From the NCBI GenBank assembly GCA_043803945.1, contig JAZDJN010000015.1:1-51579 (forward strand): a stretch of DNA of 51,579 nt, in the 5' to 3' direction. How positions within the stretch are numbered: position 1 is the stretch's first letter; each line of letters opens with the position of its first letter. Position numbers and translations under genes: made by a program. Shown here piece after piece: positions 19,876 through 29,416 of the stretch. The notes under the pieces were generated by a model that was not told where the DNA came from, ran no database searches, and saw nothing but the letters and a program-made list of their open reading frames with translations. Source of the stretch: a bacterium (GTDB lineage: Bacteria > Bacteroidota > Ignavibacteria > UBA10030).

Positions 19876-21438
19876 CTATTTTGCGAAAGCGACAGACCGA
19901 AATTCCCTGATTACTGTCACCTTGATCTGACCGGGGTATTCCATCTCCTGCTGAATTTTATTGGCAATGTCGTGTGAAAGCTGATCCGCTGCTGCATCGT
20001 CGAGTTTTTCATAATTGGCGATCACTCTGATTTCCCTGCCGGCCTGGATAGCATAAGTATTTGTCACACCGTCAAATGACTTAGCCATGGATTCGAGTTT
20101 TTCCAATCGTTTCACATAACCTTCAACAGACTCTCGACGGGCTCCTGGCCGGGAACCACTAATGGCATCGGCTGCCTGGACGAGAACAGCGATCGCGTGT
20201 TCCATAGGAATATCTTCATGGTGCGAACCGACTGCGTTGCAGACAATTGCATGCTCATTATATTTTTTGCAGAGTTCATAACCAAGCAATGCATGCGGAC
20301 CTTCAACACTTCGTTCAATCGTTTTTCCGATATCGTGAAGCAGAGCCGCTCGTTTTGCCATATTTCCATCGAATCGAAGTTCCGCAGCCATGATCCCTGC
20401 CAGGTATGAAACTTCTATGCTGTGTTGAAGGAGATTTTGTCCATAGCTGGACCGGTATTGCATTTTTCCAATGTGCTTCATGATCTCGGGGTGACCGCCA
20501 TGAAGGCCTACTTCCAGAAGGGTATTTTCTCCAACCCGGAGGATTTCCTCTTCCAGCTCTTTTTTCACTTTTTCGACGACCTCTTCAATTCGGGCTGGGT
20601 GGATACGACCATCAGCGATGAGGCGTTCGAGAGATACTCGAGCAACTTCTCGTCTAAATGGGTCAAACCCTGACAGGATAACGGCTTCAGGCGTATCATC
20701 TACAATAACATCTACACCAGTGGCCGCCTCGAATGCACGAATGTTTCTGCCTTCTCGACCGATAATACGACCCTTCATTTCATCATTTTCAAGGTTTAAG
20801 ACGCTAACGGTGGTCTCCACTGTATGGTCTGTTGCAGTCCTCTGAATAGCCTGGACAATGATCTTTTGAGCTTCTTTCTTGGCTTCCTCTTTTGCCTTAT
20901 CTCGAACGTCTTTAACCATTTGTGAGGCTTCAGTTTTAGCAGTCTCAATCATGTTGTCAACGAGATACTTTTTTGCTTCTTCTCTTGACAAGCCAGAAAG
21001 TTTTTCGAGCTTAATATTCTCCTCTTCGATGAGCCGTCCAAGGTCCTTTTCATGCTCTTCTATCTTCTTTCTTTTCTCGCTAACCTCCTTATCGATTGTC
21101 TGCAAGGATGTTTCTTTTTTACTTAGAATATCGAGCTTCCTATCAACATTCTCTTCGCGAGAGACAAGCTGCTTCTCAAACGCCTGGAGTTTGCTTCGTT
21201 TGGATTGCATTTCCGATTCGAACTCTTTCTTCCTTTTATACCACTCATCTTTTGCTTCAAGAAGTTTCTCTTTTTTTAAGGCCGCTCCATCCTTTTCAGC
21301 ATCTTCAAGGATTCTTTTTACACGTTCTTCAGCACTCGTAATTTTATTCTGTCCAGAACGAGCGTTTAGGAACCACCCCGCATAAAACGTTGTAGCGGCA
21401 ATTACAGCAACGATCGCTATCAATATATTAGAGTCCAT
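19876..21438 (-). CDS. rny: Ribonuclease Y
   Basis: TM anchor, coiled coil, KH domain (KGRIIGREGRNIR), HD motif (LLHDIGK), IQAGRE. Confidence 0.98.
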   Translation of the reverse strand: MDSNILIAIVAVIAATTFYAGWFLNARSGQNKITSAEERVKRILEDAEKDGAALKKEKLLEAKDEWYKRKKEFESEMQSKRSKLQAFEKQLVSREENVDRKLDILSKKETSLQTIDKEVSEKRKKIEEHEKDLGRLIEEENIKLEKLSGLSREEAKKYLVDNMIETAKTEASQMVKDVRDKAKEEAKKEAQKIIVQAIQRTATDHTVETTVSVLNLENDEMKGRIIGREGRNIRAFEAATGVDVIVDDTPEAVILSGFDPFRREVARVSLERLIADGRIHPARIEEVVEKVKKELEEEILRVGENTLLEVGLHGGHPEIMKHIGKMQYRSSYGQNLLQHSIEVSYLAGIMAAELRFDGNMAKRAALLHDIGKTIERSVEGPHALLGYELCKKYNEHAIVCNAVGSHHEDIPMEHAIAVLVQAADAISGSRPGARRESVEGYVKRLEKLESMAKSFDGVTNTYAIQAGREIRVIANYEKLDDAAADQLSHDIANKIQQEMEYPGQIKVTVIREFRSVAFAK

Positions 21439-21481
21439 AACAGTTCCTCATTCAACAAGGGTGAACAATCCAATAATTAAA

Positions 21482-21724
21482 AACCGCACGCGCCAGTCGA
21501 GAATCAAGGTGTATTGAAAGAACCTCTTTCCTTACACAGTGGGTGCCTGCCTAAACATTTCACACTTCCACCTCCGCTCGTCTCAAATAAATTTGAGAGT
21601 CATCGCTGGTATCCCTGCAGTGTGCAGAGAAATGGCTTGCGCTCCACGTTCATGAGTCAAGCTCCCTATTAAAGTGACTTGTCAGGTTCTTTAATAAGTT
21701 TTGATTACGGCTGACGGTGCGGTT
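21482..21724 (-). ncRNA. ssrS: 6S RNA
   Basis: Typical zapA-6S-rny position; complementary termini AACCGCAC/GTGCGGTT; inner pairing AAAGAACCT/AGGTTCTTT; GGGAG...CACCCA core. Confidence 0.8.
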
Positions 21725-21786
21725 ATTATTATAACTCACCGATTCCAATCAGAGTTCCAATGCGAAAGAACGCTTCAATCAGGTAA

Positions 21787-22083
21787 CTATTCAGATTGTA
21801 CTTCAGCAAGACAATTATCGAGGTAGTTCGAGAGCTTTACCAACTCAGTTTCCATGTGGTTCATGGCTTGTTGATTCCGTTCCCGTTCTTTCATCAGATC
21901 TTCTGTAATATTTAACGCAGATAATACAGCTACGGTCAGGGGTGGTTGCTCAGGAATTTTCTCATGGATGGTCGTTAACATCGAATCGACGTACGTCGCA
22001 ATCCGCTTCGTGAGATCTTCATTCTCCCCCTTCAAAGGATACTCTGATCCGAAGATCCTAACTTTAATGCTTTTGCTACTCAT
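21787..22083 (-). CDS. zapA: Cell division protein ZapA
   Basis: IKVRIFGSEY, AVLSALNI, C-terminal coiled coil. Confidence 0.92.
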   Translation of the reverse strand: MSSKSIKVRIFGSEYPLKGENEDLTKRIATYVDSMLTTIHEKIPEQPPLTVAVLSALNITEDLMKERERNQQAMNHMETELVKLSNYLDNCLAEVQSE

Positions 22084-22156
22084 CGATGGCTATGCCAAAC
22101 TGAAAATGAATAGTTCTGTTAGAAACGAAGTGTATTCAATGAATTCTAGGAGACGC

Positions 22157-22501
22157 TTAGAGACGTGCATTGATCCTGTTGACCATATCTTTAATTTTTA
22201 TTCGGATCGATTCACGTTCTTCTGTAGTGAATATCTCACTGCCACGCTTCTGAAGCTCTGAAAAATTTGACTGGAGTCGGGAGAGCTCTTTTGTCTTGCT
22301 CTCCAACTCTTGTTGATAATTCTGAACAGCAGTCTCGAATTCTCTAGTCTTTCCCTTTAAGAATGAATTTTCCTCGCGCAACTGTACAAGAATATCGGAT
22401 ACACGACGAGCCTTTTCCCAAAGAGCCTGGAGAGAATTCTCCAAGTTTTTCAGATGCCTGCTATTACTTAGAATCTCATTGTCTGCTATTTCTTCAGGCA
22501 A
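22157..22501 (-). CDS. ZapB-like coiled-coil protein
   Basis: All coiled coil; lies between pheT and zapA. Confidence 0.7.
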   Translation of the reverse strand: MPEEIADNEILSNSRHLKNLENSLQALWEKARRVSDILVQLREENSFLKGKTREFETAVQNYQQELESKTKELSRLQSNFSELQKRGSEIFTTEERESIRIKIKDMVNRINARL

Positions 22502-22550
22502 CGTAGAAGTCCTGTTCTATGATCTGTCGTGGCTTATGAGAGCGTACTGC

Positions 22551-24977
22551 CTAGCTTCGTAGTTGAGCATTGCAGTTTGCTGTGACATCTTGAACAATCG
22601 CTGCAATAAAAGTCTCAATCTCTTTATCCGTCAATGTTCTCTCAATTGGTTGAAACTCCAGCGTGTAGGCCAGACTCTTCTTCCCTTTTCCAGCCTGATC
22701 ACCTTCATAGATATCAAAGAGAACGACATTCGACAGTAATGGACCGCCAACGTGACGAATACACTTTTCTACTTCACCTTGCTCCAACCGATAATCAACG
22801 ACGAACGCTAAATCTCGGATTACTTTTGGAAATTTTGGCAAAGGCTGATACTTGCTTGATTTATGCTTATTATTTTCGAGGATTGCAAGTTTCAATTCTG
22901 CCACATAGACATCACCTTCAATGTCCATGCGTTCCAACACTGGCTTAGCAATTTTTCCGAGAAATCCAGCGTAAGTACTATTGATTTCAACCGCTAGACC
23001 AAATTCAATTAAAGCCCTGCGGCTATCATAAGAAATAAACCTGTATTTGTCAAGGAAAAACTTGGTTAGCACACTCTCCAACTCACCCTTCAGATCAAGC
23101 AGCGTCACTGGTCTGGCATCTGAACCGAATTGTGCTGGCGATTTCCGGCCGGTAAGAAGAAGTAATAATCTTTCCTCCTCATGATAGCCTTCAAGAATCT
23201 CTTCCTGAGTCTCATCAATCAATGAAAATACGTGACCGAATTCGAAGATTTTAAGGTCTTTCTGACCAAATGATTGATTATGCTTTACAGTCTTCAATCC
23301 CCCGATGCTCATACATGTCCTAAGAACCGATGCTTCTGTGCTCTTTGGATTAAGCATCTCAATAGCTCGATCATCAGCCAAGGCTGCCGATTCTTTGTCA
23401 TGGAGACTGAGCGAGTAAATTTCATTGAATCCTGCACCTATCAGGTAGTCTCGAATCTGATCTTGAAAAGTATCAAGCTTGAGGGGTGTAGAAAAATCGA
23501 CTTGCGTCCTTGTTTTTGTCTCAATCCTATCATATCCATAAAGTCTGGCGACCTCTTCAATCAGATCAATTTCCTCGAGCAAATCGTTTCGATGAGTCGG
23601 AGGGACAAAGGTAAGCCTATCTCCTTTTTGGGAAACGAGAGTCACTCCGAGTTGACGGAGGAATTTTACCACTGTCGATTTCGAGATAGAAGTCCCAAGC
23701 ACAGCATTGACTCGTGGAACTCTTAGTAAAACCTTAGGCATTGTTTTCTTTTTGGGGTATACATCAATTGACCCTTTAAAAACCTCAACCCCAGAAATTT
23801 CCTGCAGCAATTGGGCAACACGATTTGCTGCATAAAGAGTCATTGAACAATCTGTACCTCGTTCGAACCTCTGTGAGGCATCGGTTGAGAGGCCAAGAAA
23901 TTTTGAAGCCCGCCGGACACTTCCCGGTTCGAAACAGGCGCTTTCAATAAGAACGTTCGTTGTCTTATTGGTGATCTCTGTATTGGCTCCTCCCATAACA
24001 CCGGCAATTGCAATTTCACGTTCCCCGTCGCAGATCATGAGAATATCGTCGGTCAGGATTCGCTCCTTGCCATCCAGCGTGACAAATTTCTCTCCTTCCC
24101 TGGCACACTTCACCACAATCGTGTGGAGTGATAGAGTATCATAATCGAATGCATGGAGGGGTTGTCCGGTCTCCATCATGATGTAATTCGTGACATCGAC
24201 AACATTATTGATCGGACGGATACCAATCGCCGTGAGACGATCCTGCAGCCATTTTGGTGATTGTCCAACGGTAATATTGTGAAGGACACGCGAAGAATAT
24301 CGTGGACATTTTATTGCATCTTCAATTCGTATCGTAGCGATTGTTGAAGTTAGAGTTTTAATTTCTTTAAGAGCAACTTTGGGCAGTTGCGCCTTCTTCC
24401 CAGTTATGGCTGCAATTTCTCTGGCAACTCCGATATGACTCAACCAGTCTCCCCGATTAGCCGTCACATCGATCTCGTACACGACATCATTTGCCCCAAG
24501 ATGGTCCGCTAATGGAGTTCCCACTTTTGCTTCCAGATCGAGAACAAGAATTCTCTCTGCATCGTTATTAAGGCCAAGCTCATAACCCGAACAAATCATA
24601 CCGTTCGATTCAACTCCGCGAATCTTTGCCCGTTGAAGAATGAATGGTTTTCCTTCCGCGTCATGCTGATTTTGTGGAATCACCGCACCCACCAAACCCA
24701 CCGCTACCTTCTGCCCGGCTTCGACATTTGGAGCTCCGCAGATAATCCCAAGTTCTTTTGAGCCAATATTCACACTGCAGACTGTCAACCGGTCTGCGTT
24801 GGGATGTTTCTTTACTTCCATGACCTGTCCGACGACGAACAGTTTGTACTTCTCTCCAAGATCTTCATAATGCGCTATCTCGAGACCCAGCATCGAAAGC
24901 CGTTCAGCCAGCTCCGCAGGTTTCCAGGAAACATCGGTCAGTTCTCTCAACCATTGATGTGAAATATTCATACTCAA
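22551..24977 (-). CDS. pheT: Phenylalanine-tRNA ligase beta subunit
   Basis: HPNADRL, CGAPN, TANRGD, RFERG, DLIEEVAR, FDX-ACB domain (RDLAF, SLAY). Confidence 0.98.
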   Translation of the reverse strand: MSMNISHQWLRELTDVSWKPAELAERLSMLGLEIAHYEDLGEKYKLFVVGQVMEVKKHPNADRLTVCSVNIGSKELGIICGAPNVEAGQKVAVGLVGAVIPQNQHDAEGKPFILQRAKIRGVESNGMICSGYELGLNNDAERILVLDLEAKVGTPLADHLGANDVVYEIDVTANRGDWLSHIGVAREIAAITGKKAQLPKVALKEIKTLTSTIATIRIEDAIKCPRYSSRVLHNITVGQSPKWLQDRLTAIGIRPINNVVDVTNYIMMETGQPLHAFDYDTLSLHTIVVKCAREGEKFVTLDGKERILTDDILMICDGEREIAIAGVMGGANTEITNKTTNVLIESACFEPGSVRRASKFLGLSTDASQRFERGTDCSMTLYAANRVAQLLQEISGVEVFKGSIDVYPKKKTMPKVLLRVPRVNAVLGTSISKSTVVKFLRQLGVTLVSQKGDRLTFVPPTHRNDLLEEIDLIEEVARLYGYDRIETKTRTQVDFSTPLKLDTFQDQIRDYLIGAGFNEIYSLSLHDKESAALADDRAIEMLNPKSTEASVLRTCMSIGGLKTVKHNQSFGQKDLKIFEFGHVFSLIDETQEEILEGYHEEERLLLLLTGRKSPAQFGSDARPVTLLDLKGELESVLTKFFLDKYRFISYDSRRALIEFGLAVEINSTYAGFLGKIAKPVLERMDIEGDVYVAELKLAILENNKHKSSKYQPLPKFPKVIRDLAFVVDYRLEQGEVEKCIRHVGGPLLSNVVLFDIYEGDQAGKGKKSLAYTLEFQPIERTLTDKEIETFIAAIVQDVTANCNAQLRS

Positions 24978-24979
24978 CT

Positions 24980-26005
24980 CTAGAATTGTCTCAGGAATCT
25001 CAAATCATTTTCATATAGCAAGCGAATATCATCAATCCCATAGCGTAATGCGGCAATGCGTTCAATCCCCATGCCGAACGCAAATCCGGTATACTTCTCT
25101 GTATCATACCCGACGTGCTTGAACACATGCGGATGAACCATTCCTGATCCGAGAATCTCAAGCCAGCCATATTGTTTGCACATTCGGCACCCCTTGCCAT
25201 TGCAAAGGAAGCAGGTGATATACATCTCCGCACTCGGTTCTGTGAAAGGGAAAAAAGTCGGTCGAAATTGATAACCCACGTCGCTGCCGTAAAATTGTTT
25301 CGCGAAGGAGACTAAGGTTCCTTTTAAATCGCTGAAGGTAACTCCCTTATCGACGAACAGGCCTTCGACCTGGTGAAACAAGCAGAGACTTCGTGCGCTG
25401 ACTGCCTCATTGCGATAGACTCTACCAGGCATAATTGCTCGGACAGGAGGCTGCTGCCGCTCCATTAGTCGAATCTGTACCGGCGAAGTATGAGTGCGGA
25501 GCAGCACGCTTTTTGAGACAAAGAAAGTATCCTGCATATCGCGGGCAGGATGGTTTTTTGGAAAATTGAGCGCTTCAAAATTGTAATAGTCCGATTCAAG
25601 TTCCGGGCCATTCGCAACTGAGAATCCCATTCCCATAAATATTTTTTTAATCTCTTCGATGGTCTGAGTAATCGGATGCTTCGTCCCGACCGGCTTTGGT
25701 ATTCCTGGCAATGTCAGATCGATATAAAGTTCTCGCCCCTGCCGGGCAGCCTCTATTGCGGTTTTTTTCTGATCGAACGCTTCCTGAATCTGCATTCGCA
25801 GCTCATTTAATGCTTTTCCCACGAGTGGTTTCTCCAGTGACGAGGCATCTCTCAACCCACCGAAGAGTTGAGCGAGCAATCCCTTCCGAGCGAGAAATTT
25901 TATTCGAAGCTCCTCAATTCCACTTTCAGTAGCTACTTTTGAAAGCTCCTGAAAGAACTCACTCCTGACTTGTTCGATCTTGTCCTTCATAGCAGTGATC
26001 TTCAT
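24980..26005 (-). CDS. pheS: Phenylalanine-tRNA ligase alpha subunit
   Basis: HPARDMQDTF, LRTHTS, FPFTEPS, FAFGMGIER; alternative start at 25990. Confidence 0.98.
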   Translation of the reverse strand: MKITAMKDKIEQVRSEFFQELSKVATESGIEELRIKFLARKGLLAQLFGGLRDASSLEKPLVGKALNELRMQIQEAFDQKKTAIEAARQGRELYIDLTLPGIPKPVGTKHPITQTIEEIKKIFMGMGFSVANGPELESDYYNFEALNFPKNHPARDMQDTFFVSKSVLLRTHTSPVQIRLMERQQPPVRAIMPGRVYRNEAVSARSLCLFHQVEGLFVDKGVTFSDLKGTLVSFAKQFYGSDVGYQFRPTFFPFTEPSAEMYITCFLCNGKGCRMCKQYGWLEILGSGMVHPHVFKHVGYDTEKYTGFAFGMGIERIAALRYGIDDIRLLYENDLRFLRQF

Positions 26006-26022
26006 CGGTTGCAGTATGGTGG

Positions 26023-26102
26023 GATAAAAACGGAAATCTTCTCACTAGTTCGAAGAACCCTGAAATAGCATGGGCTCTTCCCATTAAACTAATGAGAAGA
26101 TT
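26023..26102 (-). terminator. Long hairpin / probable terminator between rplT and pheS
   Basis: AATCTTCTCATTAGTT pairs with AACTAGTGAGAAGATT, inner stem GAAGAGCCC/GGGTTCTTC, followed by TCCGTTTTT. Confidence 0.5.
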
Positions 26103-26105
26103 CAG

Positions 26106-26453
26106 TTATGCTGATGCAAACTTCACAATCTCGGCAAAGATCTGAGGATTGTTTGCGGCGAGATCAGCAAGAATTTTGCGGTTGATCAGGATCTCTTTTT
26201 TCTCGAGTTCGGTGATCAACTTTGAATAGGTCGTGCCATTCAGGCGCGCACCTGCATTAATTCTATTAATCCACAGACTGCGATAATTCCGCTTTTTCTT
26301 CTTGCGGTCGCGATAGGCATGGGTCAATGCCTTTTCGACATGATGCTTGGCGACGGTTAGGACTTTACTTCGGCCTCCCCAATAGCCTTTCGCCTTGCTT
26401 AAAAGTTTTTTTCGTCTGCGGTGTGATGCAACTTTATTTTGTGAACGTGGCAT
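26106..26453 (-). CDS. rplT: 50S ribosomal protein L20
   Basis: [36 protein letters not shown]. Confidence 0.98.
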   Translation of the reverse strand: MPRSQNKVASHRRRKKLLSKAKGYWGGRSKVLTVAKHHVEKALTHAYRDRKKKKRNYRSLWINRINAGARLNGTTYSKLITELEKKEILINRKILADLAANNPQIFAEIVKFASA

Positions 26454-26477
26454 GTCACAATCTCCTTCACGTATCTG

Positions 26478-26672
26478 TTATGCTGATAAAAACCGTTTGA
26501 TCTTGTAGGCTTCTGTCGAATCCACGAGAGTTGGCTTACGCAAATGCCGCTTCCGCTTCGTTGATTTGGAAGTCAGGATGTGGCTGCGAAACGCCTTCCG
26601 GCGCTTAATTTTGCCTGTTCCTGTTACCTTGTACGATTTGAGTGCGCGTCTTCGACTTTTCATCTTTGGCAT
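26478..26672 (-). CDS. rpmI: 50S ribosomal protein L35
   Basis: MPKMKS, TGTGKI, HILTSKS; conserved operon position. Confidence 0.97.
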   Translation of the reverse strand: MPKMKSRRRALKSYKVTGTGKIKRRKAFRSHILTSKSTKRKRHLRKPTLVDSTEAYKIKRFLSA

Positions 26673-26684
26673 ACATCTACTCCG

Positions 26685-27245
26685 TTATAATTGTTCAATT
26701 GATTGCTTGCTGCTCTCCGATGACTTCTTCTTAGTTCGATCTGCAATATAATAAGCCACCATTTGGCGTCCTTCGAGCTTTGCGGCCTGATCGATCTTGG
26801 CGATATCACTGAGTTCTTCCGTCAACTGATCCAGCAGTTCTCTCCCCTGATCCTGATAGGTGATTTCTCGACCTTTGAAGACCACAGTTGCTTTGACTTT
26901 GTGCCCTTCCTCTATGAATTCTCGTGCATGCCTCGCCTTGAATTCAAAATCGTGCGTATCGGTATTCGGATGGAACCGAATTTCTTTTACTTGTGTCACA
27001 TGCTGGTGTTTCTTCTGTAACTTTTCCTTTTTTGCCACCTCATACCGGTATTTCCCAAAGTCCATGATTTTACAGACTGGTGGATTCGCGGTCGGGACGA
27101 TCTCAATCAGATCTGATCCCCGATCGGTAGCTAATTTTGCTGCTTCTTGAATTGTCAGCACTCCGACCTGCTGACCATCATCATCAATCACCCTCACCGT
27201 TGGTGCTTTGATTTCACTGTTAATGCGTGCGCGAGGTTGTTTAAT
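26685..27245 (-). CDS. infC: Translation initiation factor IF-3 (ATT start)
   Basis: In-frame ATT at 27245 preceded by AGGAG extends the track ORF by IKQPRARINSEIKAPT; PPVCKIMDFGK and KEIRF motifs. Confidence 0.95.
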   Translation of the reverse strand: MKQPRARINSEIKAPTVRVIDDDGQQVGVLTIQEAAKLATDRGSDLIEIVPTANPPVCKIMDFGKYRYEVAKKEKLQKKHQHVTQVKEIRFHPNTDTHDFEFKARHAREFIEEGHKVKATVVFKGREITYQDQGRELLDQLTEELSDIAKIDQAAKLEGRQMVAYYIADRTKKKSSESSKQSIEQL

Positions 27246-27256
27246 GGCAGAATCTC

Positions 27257-29197
27257 CTACAATGTGAGTGTTTTATTCTTAATATTCTCTATGAGCTGGC
27301 GTGTAAATTGTTCTTTGGTCATCGATCCCAGATCTCCCTTTTTGTGCTGTCGCACTGATATCGTACCGGCGTTCATCTCCTTTTCGCCGATGATCAGCAT
27401 ATAGGGAACCTTCTTCAATTCCCAATCGCGAATCTTGTACCCGATCTTCTCATTTCGCTCATCAAACTCAGCACGGATACCAGCTTTCTTCAATTCTTCA
27501 AGAACCTCCACGGCATAGGCTTTAAAGTGATCTGTTATTGAAAGAACAGCAACGTGAACGGGTGCAAGCCAGAGTGGAAACTCACCTGCAAAATGTTCAA
27601 TAAGAATTCCAACGAACCGCTCAATTGATCCAAAGGGCGCTCGATGAATAATAACCGGTCGATGTTTCTGCCCATCGGCCCCAGTGTATTCCAGTTGAAA
27701 TCGTTCGGGCATCACATAATCCACCTGGACAGTCCCCAACTGCCATACTCTTCCAAGTGCATCCTTCAACATAAAATCGATTTTCGGCCCGTAGAACGAT
27801 GCTTCCCCAATCCCAATGAAGTAATCGAGTTTCATGGCATCGGCAACTTCCTTGATCTCACGCTGCGCTTGTTCCCAGAATAGCGTCTCACCTCCGTATT
27901 TGTCGACATTCTTATCATCTCGATAAGAGAGACGTGTTTTCACTTCCATTCCAAACGAATTGAACACAAGCTGTGTCAGTTCAACTGTGGATCGGATTTC
28001 ATCTTTGAGTTGATCGTGGCGGCAGTAGATATGGGCATCATCCTGTGTGAATCCACGCACCCGAATGAGTCCATTCATTTCCCCCGATTGCTCATAGCGA
28101 TAGACTGTGCCAAACTCGGCGAGGCGAATCGGCAAGTCGCGGTACGACCGCATCTTGCACATATACACCTGATGATGATGGGGACAGTTCATCGGTTTGA
28201 GCATATACTGCTCACCGTCATCCAAGGTCATCGGAGGAAACTGTGAATCCTTGTAATACGGATAGTGACCCGATGTTTTGTAGAGATTCAAATTTGCGAT
28301 ATGTGGAGTCACAACAAAAACGTATCCGCGTTTTTGCTGTTCCTGTTTCATAAACTCAAAGAGTGCTTCACGCAATACTGTGCCCTTCGGCAGCCATATG
28401 GGAAGTCCACTGCCAACATTCGGTGTAACGAGGAAGAGTTCCAATTCTTGTCCGAGTTTTCTATGGTCCCGTCGCTTCGCTTCCTCAAGACCGAAGAGAT
28501 AATCGTCAAGTTCCTTCTTTGTTGGAAACGTGACTCCATAGATCCGCTGGAGCATTTTATTCTTTTCACTTCCCCGCCAGTATGCCCCGGCAATACTTAA
28601 CAACTTGATTGCCTTTATCTTTCCGGTTGATGGAATGTGGGGACCATAGCAGAGGTCTGTAAAATTTCCGCCGTGGTAGAACGAGATGATTTCTCCCTTT
28701 AATTCCTGCAGCAACTCGAGTTTGTACTGATCACCCTTTTGTTCGAAGTATTGGACGGCATTGGACCAGTCTTTCTCTTCACGCTTGAATGGTTGATCAT
28801 TCGCCGCAAGCTCGTACATTTTTGCTTCAATTTTACCTAAATCTTCCGTCGTGAGTGTCCGGTCACCAAGGTCGAGGTCATAATAGAATCCCACTTCGAT
28901 GGGAGGACCAACACCAAACTTTGTTCCGGGGAATAATGATTCAGTGGCTTCCGCCATTAAATGAGCCGAAGAATGCCAAAAGGCATATTTTCCACCATTG
29001 TCTGCCCATTTCAAGATCTTTATCGGGGTATCTGCTGTAATCGGGCGGCTAAGATCCCACACCTCACCATTCACTTCAATCGCAAGCGCATCGCGTGCAA
29101 GGCCTTTGCTAATGCCTTCCGCTACCTGGAAACCGGTAATATCCTTATCGTATTGCCGGATAGATCCATCCGGAAATGTGAGATTTATTTTGTCCAT
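27257..29197 (-). CDS. thrS: Threonine-tRNA ligase
   Basis: TGS domain, HSSAH, DLCYGPH, KPMNCPHH, RGFTQDDAH, HRAPFGSIERF. Confidence 0.99.
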   Translation of the reverse strand: MDKINLTFPDGSIRQYDKDITGFQVAEGISKGLARDALAIEVNGEVWDLSRPITADTPIKILKWADNGGKYAFWHSSAHLMAEATESLFPGTKFGVGPPIEVGFYYDLDLGDRTLTTEDLGKIEAKMYELAANDQPFKREEKDWSNAVQYFEQKGDQYKLELLQELKGEIISFYHGGNFTDLCYGPHIPSTGKIKAIKLLSIAGAYWRGSEKNKMLQRIYGVTFPTKKELDDYLFGLEEAKRRDHRKLGQELELFLVTPNVGSGLPIWLPKGTVLREALFEFMKQEQQKRGYVFVVTPHIANLNLYKTSGHYPYYKDSQFPPMTLDDGEQYMLKPMNCPHHHQVYMCKMRSYRDLPIRLAEFGTVYRYEQSGEMNGLIRVRGFTQDDAHIYCRHDQLKDEIRSTVELTQLVFNSFGMEVKTRLSYRDDKNVDKYGGETLFWEQAQREIKEVADAMKLDYFIGIGEASFYGPKIDFMLKDALGRVWQLGTVQVDYVMPERFQLEYTGADGQKHRPVIIHRAPFGSIERFVGILIEHFAGEFPLWLAPVHVAVLSITDHFKAYAVEVLEELKKAGIRAEFDERNEKIGYKIRDWELKKVPYMLIIGEKEMNAGTISVRQHKKGDLGSMTKEQFTRQLIENIKNKTLTL

Positions 29198-29210
29198 ATC
29201 ACTGAGAAAT

Positions 29211-29236
29211 AAAAAAAATCGGAGAACACTCCGATT
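29211..29236 (-). terminator. Terminator-like hairpin between tRNA-Val and thrS
   Basis: AATCGGAG-TGTT-CTCCGATT followed by a T run on the minus strand. Confidence 0.65.
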
Positions 29237-29278
29237 CGGGCTTCAAAAACCTGAACTCCGATAAATACTCAATATTTG

Positions 29279-29352
<74 letters not shown>

Positions 29353-29373
29353 AATTCAATCTTAAGCAGTCAA

Positions 29374-29402
29374 ATAATAGTGAAATAACGCTGTAGAATC
29401 AA
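29374..29402 (-). promoter_or_regulatory. sigma70-type promoter for tRNA-Val/thrS
   Basis: TTGATT, 17 bp spacer, TATTAT on the minus strand. Confidence 0.6.
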
Positions 29403-29416
29403 GATACTTCTTCATT

